A DNA stretch of 15,166 nt from Rhodospirillales bacterium. GTDB taxonomy: Bacteria > Pseudomonadota > Alphaproteobacteria > Bin95. A program made the translations under genes and the position numbers. Numbering within the stretch: the stretch's first letter is position 1; each line of letters begins with the position of its first letter. The stretch lies in the NCBI GenBank assembly GCA_038143065.1, contig JAYQLI010000024.1:1-15166 (forward strand). Reading direction: 5' to 3'. This document shows, one piece after another, positions 1-9,095 of this stretch. Under the pieces are notes generated by a model. It made no database searches, was not told the DNA's origin, and saw only the letters and a list, made by a program, of their open reading frames with translations.

Positions 1-41
1 GTACCTGGTGTGCAGCTCATTTTCAAAACAGTGTATTTTTA

Positions 42-71
42 TTGACAACCGACCAACAGCTCACTTAACAT
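42..71 (+). promoter_or_regulatory. Candidate sigma70 promoter upstream of the hydantoinase/oxoprolinase operon
   Basis: Perfect -35 TTGACA at 42-47, an 18-nt spacer and -10-like TAACAT at 66-71, in AT-rich non-coding DNA about 185 nt upstream of the ATG at 255. Confidence 0.45.
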
Positions 72-204
72 TTTTGATAGCATGGAGAACGAGAGCGGCA
101 GAATGCAAGTTCAAGGTTTAAGGATAAATTTAGGGCGCCGAGCGACTGGATGCGATCTCGTCGTATAATTTAAAAAGAATTTTTAGCCGTTTAGGCACTA
201 TTCG

Positions 205-220
205 TTCCGAGTATTCGGAT
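205..220. promoter_or_regulatory. Palindromic candidate operator
   Basis: TCCGA-gtat-TCGGA inverted repeat (206-219), 35 nt upstream of the first start codon. The cognate regulator is not in the window. Confidence 0.3.
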
Positions 221-254
221 TTGCATCACCTCTTCTCATTTTGGTTGATTTCCC

Positions 255-2350
255 ATGAGCATCAGAAAAAGACTTCGCCTTGCTGTCGATATCGGCGGAA
301 CTTTCACTGATACGGTTTTGGTCAATCGGCAGAGTCATATCCTAGCTACCACCAAGACACCTACAACCCCAAATAACCCTGCGCATGGGGCTATTGATGG
401 CGCAAGACGGGTGCTGGCCGAAGCTGGAGTGAATGGTCGCAGATCGACGGCTTCATCCACGGAACGACGCTGGCCACCAATGCGCTGATCGAGCGGCGGG
501 GCGCCGTTGTAGCAACCGTCACGACTAAGGGGTTTCGCGACATCCTCGAAATTGCCTATGAGCGGCGCTATAGCCAGTATGACATCAACCTAGTCAAACC
601 AGATCTGATAGTACCGCGCTCAAGCGCCTTCACTATTGGTGGGCGCATGGATGCACGTGGGCGGGAACTGGAACCGCTTGAAGAGGTATCGCTTGCCCGG
701 CTGGTTGAGGAACTAACGGCCAGCGGTGCAGAGGCGGTGGCGATCTGCCTGATGCATGCCTATGCCAATCCAGTGCATGAGCTTAGGCTCCGGGATCTTC
801 TGCAAGCGCGGATGCCCGATCTAGTGATTTCGCTATCGCATGAGGTCAGCCCAGAGGCGCGCGAGTTCGACCGGCTTTCGACCACCATCGCCAACGCTTA
901 TATCCAACCACAAATGGCCAGCTATCTGGCAGGTTTTCAAGCCCGCTTCAACGATGAGGGGCTGACCTGCCCAATTTTGATGATGACCGCTAGTGGCGGC
1001 ATGACTACGATGGAAACCGCCGCACGTTTGCCAATCCGACTGGTAGAATCGGGCCCTGCCGGTGGAGCTATTCTGGCTGCACGCATCGCCGCCGAAACCA
1101 GCGAGCGTGAGGTGCTCAGTTTCGATATGGGCGGAACCACAGCAAAACTGTGCCTGATCGACCATTTTCGACCGCAAAGCGCACGCAAGTTTGAAATCGC
1201 ACGGGCAGCACGGTTCATTAAGGGTCGGGCATGCCGGTGCGCATCCCTGTGATCGAAATGATCGAGATCGGTGCCGGTGGCGGCTCCATCGCGCATGTGG
1301 ATCGGCTGGGCCGTTTGCAGGTCGGACCGGAAAGCGCAGGCTCGGAACCAGGACCGCAGCTTTTGCAAAGGAGGCACAGAGCCCACCGTGACCGATGCCG
1401 ACGTTATGCAAGGATTGATAGAGCCCGGCTGCTTTGCCGAGGGGCGGCTGGCGATTGACATGGAGGCAGCGCAAGTGGCGCTTGAACAAGGTGTCGGACA
1501 GACTTTGGGGCTTGATGCGGCACAGGCTGGGCGTGGGATCAGCGAGATCGTAGACGAGAACATGGCAAACGCGGGCCGGATGCATGCCGTGGAATCTGGT
1601 AAGGATCTGGGGGCGCGCCTGATGATCGCCTTTGGCGGCAATGGACCTCTGCACGCAACCCGGGTGGCGCGGCGCTCACAAGTCGACCGTATCCTGATCC
1701 CACGCGATCCCGGGGTCGGTTCGGCGGTGGGGTTCCTGTTCGCGCCGGTCTCGTTCGAAATCATCCGCTCGCGCTATGCCCGGCTCGAGGACCTTGAGCT
1801 CGACGGGCTCAACACCTTTTTTGATGAGATGAGAGATGAGGCTATTTCAGTTGTACGGGCAGGTGCACCCGAGGACGCGCTAACTCAGCGGAGGCAGGCT
1901 TTCATGCGCTATCACGGGCAAGGTCACGAAATCGAAATATTGCTACCAGACCGTGCGCTGGAGCAGGATGACATCCCCGCGCTACGGCGGACCTTTGAGA
2001 GAGAATACAGCCACCAATTCAGCCGCGCAGTGCCAGGCATGACTATCGAAATTCTAAACTGGTCGCTTGAGGTTTCCTCTGAACCACGCGCCCTTGAGCA
2101 CTATCCCGAACCTTCCACAAGACAGCGAGCAAGTCCCAACAGGTACCGCTCCATTTTGTGCGATGTCACCGGCGCTTGGCGCGAGGCAGAGGTGCACGAC
2201 CGGGCTTCGCTGCACCCGGGCGATCACCTTTCAGGCCCCGCCCTGATCATCGAGCCGCAGACCACCACCCTTGTCAGCGCCGATTTCTCAGCCAATGTGG
2301 ATGGTGGCGGCAATATCTGGCTCAACCGCAACTGGGAGGGGGGAGAATGA
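255..2350 (+). CDS. hyuA: Hydantoinase A / 5-oxoprolinase (ATP-dependent lactamase) ATP-binding subunit; frameshifted in this sequence
   Basis: Joining frames gives the family motifs in order: [112 protein letters not shown]. Frame breaks lie near 430, 1225 and 1355-1370. ORFs 255..488, 647..1252, 1231..1458 and 1271..2350 are pieces of one gene of about 700 aa. Confidence 0.93.
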
Positions 2351-3997
2351 AAATGACAGACACACGATTACAGGTCATGGAATCGGCTTCTGGCCGTGGT
2401 CGAGGAACAGGGTCAAGCGCTGATACGCGCCGCCTTTTCCCCAATCGTGCGCGAGTGTGGGGATATCTCGGCAGGTATTTTCGACCTTCAGGGCCGGATG
2501 CTGGCGCAGGCCGTGACCGGCACGCCAGGGCATATCAACACCATGGCCGAAGCAGTAAAGACTCTGCGTGGGCACTTCGAGCTTCAGGATATGAAACCGG
2601 GCGACATCTACATGACCAACGATCCGTGGATCGCCTCCGGCCATCTTAACGACTTCCTTTTTAATGATGCCGGTATTTCATAAGGATCAAATTGTCGGCT
2701 TTACCTCCTGCACCTCCCATCTGGTTGATCTAGGCGGGTTGGGCATGGGCCCCGAAGGCGCAGATATCTATGACGAAGGTCTGCTAATCCCCCCCTGTAA
2801 GCTGGTGGACGCGGGTGCACTGAACACGCTTCTGATGGAGATCATCAAGGCCAACTCACGTGAACCCATTGCTAATGAAGGCGATATCTATGCGTTAATC
2901 GCCTGCTGTGAAACCGGAGCAAAACGGCTTGCGGGTATGATGGAAGAATTTGCCATCACCCATCTAGACGATTTGGCCGAGTATATCATCAACACATCCT
3001 ATCTCGGCACTGTCGAAGCCATTGCAGAGCTGCCAAAGGGGACATGGCACAATGTGTTAACAGTCGACGGCTATGAGCAGGAAATAGACCTGCATGCTGC
3101 CTGACGATTGCCGAGGATAATATAACGCTGGATTTCGACGGCACCTCGGGTCTGTCGAACAAAGGCATCAATGTGCCCTTGAACTATGCCCACCGCCTAT
3201 TCAGTATTTGCTCTTCGCTGTATCATAGGACCGGATATTCCAAATAATACGGGTTCGCTTGCCCCTTTCCACGTCACCGGTCCAAAAGATTGCATCCTGA
3301 ACGCTCAGCCCCCAGCGCCGGTGGCCATGCGCCATACGCTGGGGCAGATGACGCCCGATTTGGTCTATGGTTGTCTTGCGCAAGTTCTGCCCAACAAGGT
3401 TCCTGCCGAAGGCGCTTCCTGCATGTACGACCTGCCTCTGCGCCATGTGCCTGAAGCGGTGTCACGGGGGATGAACTATTCGCGTTGGAACTGGTGTTTT
3501 CCGGCGGCACCGGTGCGCGGCCCGGTCTGGACGGGCTTTCGGCTACGGCGTTCCCGTCCGGTGTCTGGGGTTCACAGGTGGAACCCACCGAAGCGGTGGC
3601 ACCGGTCCTGATTACGCGGCGCGAGCTCAAACCCGACAGCGGCGGCGCTGGGCGACAGCGCGGTGGGTTAGGGCAGTATATCGAGATGCGCTCCTCGAAA
3701 GATGAGGACTTCATGCTATTCCTTTCGGTCGAAAGGGTTTTGAACCCAGCGCGCGGCCGGTATGGCGGAGGCTACGGGGGCGGCAGGGCGTATTCGCATC
3801 GGAAATGACGGGGCCGATCTGCCAGGGCAAAGGAGAGGTCCGCGTAAAAGCCGGAGAAACACTAATCTTTGAAACCCCAGGCGGTGCAGGCTTTGGTCTA
3901 CCAAAAAGAGCGAAGCCGCGAGGACGTCCGACGCGACCTTCGGGAAGGGTTAATCGGCCCAAAGGCAGCCCGCGAAATCTATGGAGTTGAGCCATGA
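2347..3997 (+). CDS. hyuB: Hydantoinase B / oxoprolinase catalytic subunit; frameshifted in this sequence
   Basis: ATG 2347 overlaps the hyuA stop (ATGA) after a G-rich RBS. Motifs: RAAFSPIVRECGDISAG, NDPWIASGHLND, SHLVDLGG, EGLLIPP, LDFDGTS, DSGGAGRQRGGLG, ETPGGAGFG and C-terminal AAREIYGVEP* (TGA 3995-3997). Frame breaks lie near 2378, 2660, 3100, 3190, 3470 and 3780-3960. Confidence 0.92.
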
Positions 3998-5071
3998 TCA
4001 GACCTACCCCTCATGTGGCGGCAATGTCGCCTTATGCGCTCGCTGAACTGAATGCACCGGCGGGCAAGCGCGTCATATCGCTGTCGCAAAATGAAAGCCT
4101 GCGCCGACCAAGCCCACAGGTGAGCGACGTCTTGGTAAGCGCCATGACAAACGCGCATCTCTACCCCGATCCGGAATGGACTGAGTTGCGCAACGCACTG
4201 GCCGCGCTGCATGGCATCCCAGCCTCGGGCATTCTCTGCGGCAACGGCTCGATGGAGTTAATTGCCTGCCTAACGCTAACTTATTGCGATGAGAAAAGCG
4301 CGGTTCTTGCACCCGCCCATGCCTACCCGTTTTTCAGAACCGCCGCGGGTTTGGCGCGAGCGCGTTACGATACCGCGCCCGAGGTCGGCGTGACCGCTTC
4401 AGTCGATACTCTGCTTGCTGCGGTCAGCCGGATACCCGCATCGTCTTCGTCGCAAATCCCGGCAACCCTACCGGCACCCGCATCCCGTGCTGAGCTTGAC
4501 CGCCTGCGTAAAGGGTTGCGTGGGGATATCCTGCTTGTCATCGACGAAGCCTATGGTGAGTTCGCCGACCATCTGGGTGAGCCCTATTCGATCTAGTCAG
4601 TCAGGGCGACACGGTGATCCTGCGTACATTTTCTAAGGCCTATGGCTTGGCCGGAATACGGGTGGGCTGGGGTCTATTCCCCTGAGAACATCGCCAGTGA
4701 GGTTCGTAAGGTCATGAACCCAAACAACGTCTCTGTTGCCTGGCAGACTGCTGATGCAACAGCTCTGTCTGACCAGGCCTATATGCGCGAGACCTGCGCA
4801 ATCACCGCCGGCCTGCGTGACGGTTTTTCGAACCGCTTGCGCAAAGTAGGCTTTATATAGCTGAAAGCTTTACTAATTTCGCACTGATCCGTTTTACGAT
4901 GCCCAGGCGGCTCAACAGGCGGACGCGATCCTGCGCGCTGAAGGCGTGGTTGCGCGTGCACAAAGCGTTGCCGGGCTGCCTGACTGCCTGCGTGTTACAG
5001 TTGGGACAGCGGAAGATCTAGATCTTGCAGCAAGTCTTTTGGAACATAGGGCTAAAGGAGGAAAGGCATGA
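3994..5071 (+). CDS. HisC-like class I/II PLP-dependent aminotransferase; frameshifted in this sequence
   Basis: Motifs: LSQNES, YPDP, CGNGSMELI, FVANPGNPTGT (alternate frame, about 4445-4480), LVIDEAYGEF, the PLP-lysine motif ILRTFSKAYGLAGIRVGW (Lys codon AAG 4635-4637), NFALIRF and LRVTVGT. Ends LLEHRAKGGKA* with TGA 5069-5071, overlapping the next ATG. Confidence 0.9.
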
Positions 5072-5809
5072 CAAAATCACGTGGACGGGAGGCGTTTCGG
5101 CATTCTAGTACCCTTCACTAACACCAACCTTGAACCTGACATGGTCCTCTTGCGACCCGACGGTGTATCTTTACATTTCGCCCGCATGGGTGGCTATGAT
5201 CAGGATGAAATACCCGATGCCAACCAGATGCACGGGCTGGGCGCGGCTGATCTTGCTGAGCCTCTGTTCCTGCTTCAGGGTGTGCGCGGATGTGATCTTA
5301 TATGGGTGCACATCGGCGACGCTTACCCACGGATTAGACTTTGACCGAGCGCTCGCCGAGCGGATCAGGGTTGGCATAGAAGCGAAGACGGTCACCGCAG
5401 CGGGCGCACTGGTACATGCACTTGAGTTCATCGGGTAAAGCGTATTGGCTTTGCCTCGCCCTATGTATCCGCGATCAATAACATGGCCATCGATTTCCTG
5501 GCAGAAGTTGGCGTCGAAACAGTGGCTCGCTCGAGGTGGGCGAAGCGCTGGATAATTACGGACAGGGCGAACTGAACCCGCAGGCCGTGTATGATCTGGG
5601 CCTTGCCGCCGATCATACTGAAGCTGAGGCGCTTTGTCCTGTCCTGCACAGACATGCGCAGCATCGAGACCATTGCGCGGCTTGAGCAGGCAGTAGGCAA
5701 GCCAGTTATCAGCTCAAATCAGGCTATGATGTTTCAGGCTATGCAACTGGCCGGTATCGGGGAACCCATGACAGGGTTCGGACAGCTTCTGGAAAGGGCT
5801 CGGCTATGA
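5068..5809 (+). CDS. Asp/Glu racemase / maleate cis-trans isomerase family protein; frameshifted in this sequence
   Basis: Strong RBS AAGGAGG before ATG 5068. Motifs: GILVPFTNTNLEPD, LHFARM, ILYGCTSA (Cys 5307-5309), RIGFASPY, LSCTDMR (Cys 5645-5647) and GKPVISSNQA. Both catalytic cysteines of the family are present. Confidence 0.88.
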
Positions 5810-7152
5810 GATTTGACCGGATTGCCGAATTCACTCTGTCTGGGCGGGATATTCCGCAAAGTGCGCTAGATATGGCCGCGACGCTTCTAATCGATACGGT
5901 AGGTGTGGCAGCGGGAGCCACTGGCCTTGCAGCCGGTCGTATTGCGCGTGATCACGCTTTTGTCTTTCACGGCGCCGGTGCGCCCGAACACGCAGCCTCC
6001 ATGATGTTCGATGGCAGACGCGCTTCGGTCCCGGGTGCAGCCTTTGCCGCGGCCACTCAAATTGACAACCTTGACGCGCACGATGGGCTCAACCAAACCA
6101 AGGGCCATATCGGCTGTGCTGTGGTGCCCGCATTGTTCGCCTTTGCCGAAAATCAGCCAGAACTAATGGCGCGCGACGCCCTAAGAGCGCTGGTCGTGGC
6201 CTACGAGATCGCGGCACGAGCTGCCTTTGCGCTACACGCTTCTGTCAGCGACTACCATACCTCAGGGGCATGGAATGCATTAGGCGTTGCAGCAATCGGG
6301 TGCCGCCTTAGGAGCGCAAATCCCGATCAGCTTCGTCAGGCTTTTGGTATTGCCGAATATCACGGCCCCCGGAGCCAGATGATGCGCGAGATTGCCAACC
6401 CGACTATGCTGCACGACGGTTCAGGCATGGGGGCTCTAATCGGATCAATGGCCGCGCTCATGGCGATGAACGGGTTCACCGGCGCCCCTGCCATAACCGT
6501 GGAGAACGAGGATGCGGCGCAGTTCTGGGGCGATCTGGGTGAGGTCTGGACGATCGAACAGAACTATATCAAGCCTTATCCAATCTGCCGCTGGGCGCAT
6601 GCAGCGCTTGATGCTTTATCCGAGTTGATGCGCGCGCACAGGTTTCACGCAGACGACGTTACTAGTATCACTGTGAACACTTTCGCCGAGTCTGCTGCGC
6701 TTTTTCCGGGAATGCCCGCGACCACGTCTCAGGCCCAGTATTCCTTGCCATTCGCTCTTGCCGTGATGCTCGTGCACGGCCGGATCGGACCCAATGAGAT
6801 CACTGGTACGGGGCTAACCGAGCCGCAAGTTTCAGCTTTGCTTCCTCGCATTTCAGTGCACGAAGCCGCTAGGCATTCCGAGCGCTTCCCCGAGGGCCGC
6901 TGGTCGGATGTGACAGTAGAGTTGAAAGACGGCAGGATGCTGGCATCGGGAGAAATGAACGCACGCGGCGGACCCGAGGCGCCGATGGATATGCATGAGG
7001 TCGAAGCAAAGTTTCACATCATGGCCGCGGCACTCTCCAAGGCACGCCGACGGACCATTTGGGAATTGCGCGAACAGCTTATGCAGCCGGAAGTAAAATT
7101 CGAGGAACTAGCGCGACTTGTTCGCGTGCCAATGGAGGAAATACATGCCTGA
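5806..7152 (+). CDS. MmgE/PrpD family protein (2-methylcitrate dehydratase / iminodisuccinate epimerase fold)
   Basis: Intact 448-aa ORF with an ATGA overlap. Motifs: LLIDTVGVAAGA, LDAHDG..KGHIG, ALVVAYEI, YHTSG, KPYPICRWAH, AQYSLPFALA, RGGPEAPM and EVEAKF. Confidence 0.92.
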   Translation: MRFDRIAEFTLSGRDIPQSALDMAATLLIDTVGVAAGATGLAAGRIARDHAFVFHGAGAPEHAASMMFDGRRASVPGAAFAAATQIDNLDAHDGLNQTKGHIGCAVVPALFAFAENQPELMARDALRALVVAYEIAARAAFALHASVSDYHTSGAWNALGVAAIGCRLRSANPDQLRQAFGIAEYHGPRSQMMREIANPTMLHDGSGMGALIGSMAALMAMNGFTGAPAITVENEDAAQFWGDLGEVWTIEQNYIKPYPICRWAHAALDALSELMRAHRFHADDVTSITVNTFAESAALFPGMPATTSQAQYSLPFALAVMLVHGRIGPNEITGTGLTEPQVSALLPRISVHEAARHSERFPEGRWSDVTVELKDGRMLASGEMNARGGPEAPMDMHEVEAKFHIMAAALSKARRRTIWELREQLMQPEVKFEELARLVRVPMEEIHA

Positions 7153-8113
7153 CACCCCGCGCATTATCTTGCACAATAGTGATACCGTGCACCTTGCTCA
7201 GTTGTTGCAGGCACGCTATCCGCATGCGGATTTTCGTGAATGCGACAGCTACGACGCCCTTCCCATACAAATCGAGAGCTACCGCCCCGAAGTGGTCTAT
7301 TCCGTGCGATTTGCAGGCACTCCGGGCTTTCCACGCGACGCACTTTTTGGCTCCCATGGCCCACGCTGGATTGCCAATGGCGGAGCGGGAACTGACCATT
7401 ACGGGCAATGGGATAAGACAAAAACGACGGTGACCAATGCCGCAGGCGTAGCCGCTGGTATGATGGCGGAATACATCTTCGGCGGCTTTTTACATTTCAC
7501 GCTTGATATCCTTGGACTGCAACAGGACAAGGGTGCGCGGGTCTGGAACTCTCGGCTTCTCAGCCCGCTTGCCGGAAAGACGCTCTTGATCGTCGGTCTT
7601 GGTCATACCGGAAGGGCGGTGGCGAAACGAGCTAAGGCTTTTGATATGACTGTGGTGGGAACACGGGCCCGACCTCAACCGATGGATTATGTTGACGAGG
7701 TGCATGCGGCCAGTGACCTGCTCAAACTGCTGCCGCGTGCAGATTTCATTGCAGTCTCTACGCCGCTCATCGCCTTGACACGCGGCCTGATCGGCAAGGA
7801 TGAAATCGCACGGATGAAGCCCGGTGTAATTCTCGCCGATGTCTCCCGTGGTGGTGTGGTGAACCAGTCTGACCTATATAACGCGCTTAAGGCCGGGCAT
7901 GTGGCGGGCGCGGCATTAGATGTTTTCGAAACCGAACCCTTGCCACTGGACAGCCCGATCTGGGCACTCGATAACGTCATCGTCTCTCCGCATTGCTCGT
8001 CGGTCTACGCGGAATGGGAAGAAGCCTCGTTCCGGCTTTTCCTAGATAATTTAGACCGCTGGATACAAGGCGAGAGACTCATGAACATAGTAGACCCAGA
8101 ACGTGGATATTGA
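7145..8113 (+). CDS. D-isomer-specific 2-hydroxyacid dehydrogenase
   Basis: ATG 7145 follows GGAGG and overlaps the MmgE/PrpD stop. Motifs: GAGTDH, TNAAG, Rossmann IVGLGHTG, and the catalytic Arg/Glu/His in DVSRGGVV, ALDVFETEPL and SPHCS. Confidence 0.93.
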   Translation: MPDTPRIILHNSDTVHLAQLLQARYPHADFRECDSYDALPIQIESYRPEVVYSVRFAGTPGFPRDALFGSHGPRWIANGGAGTDHYGQWDKTKTTVTNAAGVAAGMMAEYIFGGFLHFTLDILGLQQDKGARVWNSRLLSPLAGKTLLIVGLGHTGRAVAKRAKAFDMTVVGTRARPQPMDYVDEVHAASDLLKLLPRADFIAVSTPLIALTRGLIGKDEIARMKPGVILADVSRGGVVNQSDLYNALKAGHVAGAALDVFETEPLPLDSPIWALDNVIVSPHCSSVYAEWEEASFRLFLDNLDRWIQGERLMNIVDPERGY

Positions 8114-9042
8114 AGGAATTGCCAAAGCTCAAAGATTATTAGACCAACCAATTTTGCAGGCTGGTACTAAAGAAGTTGGGAACAATATAAATGGTCCTTC
8201 TCTATTGAAACGCCTAAATGGTTACCCAACTGCTTAGGTCGCTACTATCTTTATTTTGGACATCACTTTGGCCAAAATATTAGAATGGCATTTTCAAATA
8301 ATCTAACAGGGCCTTGGAACATCTATAAAGGGGAGTTCTTGACCTGAAAGAAACCCCATTTACCCACGAGAGACCCAATGTAAAACAACCTAAATGGGCA
8401 ATGGAAAAAGGCGTGGATGGTCTTTATCCGCATATAGCTTCACCCGATGTGCATATTAACGAATTAGATAAATCTTTAGAAATGTTTTTTCACGGCTTGG
8501 ACCATGACGGAGAACAAAGAAGTTTATGCGCAGTATCAAATGATGGACTAACTTGGCGGGTTCGGTCAAAGCGCATCAATCAAACTTATCTCAGGCTCTT
8601 TCAATATAAACACAACAAATACGCCCTGGGCTGGGGCGGCCAAATCCTAAAGAAAAATTCATCAGGTATATTTGAAATGGGCCCATGGTCTTTTGGCAAT
8701 CAAGGCCATCGCCATGCTGGTGTTTTGGTTCGGGGTGATAAATTACACGTAGTGTGGACACGTATTGGAGAAGCTCCCGAACAGATACTATACTCCACAA
8801 TTGATATGTCACACTCTTGGCGAGACTGGTATGCGACTAAAGCACAAGTGATATTAAAGCCTAAATTTGATTGGGAGGGCGCAAATTTACCAATATCAAC
8901 TTCCACCATCGGAGGACTTGCAAAACAAGAACATGCCCTTCGTGATCCTTTTTTATTTGAACAGAGTGATGGGGTTTATATGGTCTATACAGGTGGTGGA
9001 GAAACTAGCATTGGAATTGTAAAACTATTTTTAAAAATTTGA
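8103..9042 (+). CDS. Uncharacterised five-bladed beta-propeller glycoside-hydrolase-like protein; frameshifted near the 5' end
   Basis: Upstream of ORF 8401..9042 the sequence reads GTG(8103)-DIEGIAKAQRLLDQPIL...NNINGPSL / PKWLPNCLGRYYLYFGHHFGQNIRMAFSNNLTGPW / VLDLKETPF, then continues into HIASPDVH, SNDGLTW, RHAGV and LRDPFLF..VYMVYTGGGE. These blade motifs resemble GH32/43/130-like propellers. Frame breaks lie near 8205 and 8330; the start codon is tentative. Confidence 0.7.
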
Positions 9043-9095
9043 GTTACTTGATTCATTACAGTTATTGGGAACCTAGGCAGTAAGAGAGGGGTCAA

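Noticed and set aside
1-20. Possible start of a divergent gene (minus-strand ATG at 20, MSCTPG...)
   Set aside because: Only six codons are visible and there is no clear RBS, so it cannot be supported as a feature.
833-1764. Long minus-strand ORFs 833..1654 and 937..1764, plus other antisense ORFs over 2375-7980
   Set aside because: Shadow ORFs opposite well-supported GC-rich genes, with no recognisable motifs.
647-5809. Treating the many short + strand ORFs as separate genes, or as programmed frameshifting
   Set aside because: The fragments join colinearly into four known families. The breaks are too numerous and lack consistent slippery sites.
7118-7144. Upstream start for the dehydrogenase given by the ORF track
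   Set aside because: ATG 7145 has a well-spaced GGAGG and gives a typical short overlap; the extension lies inside the MmgE/PrpD gene.
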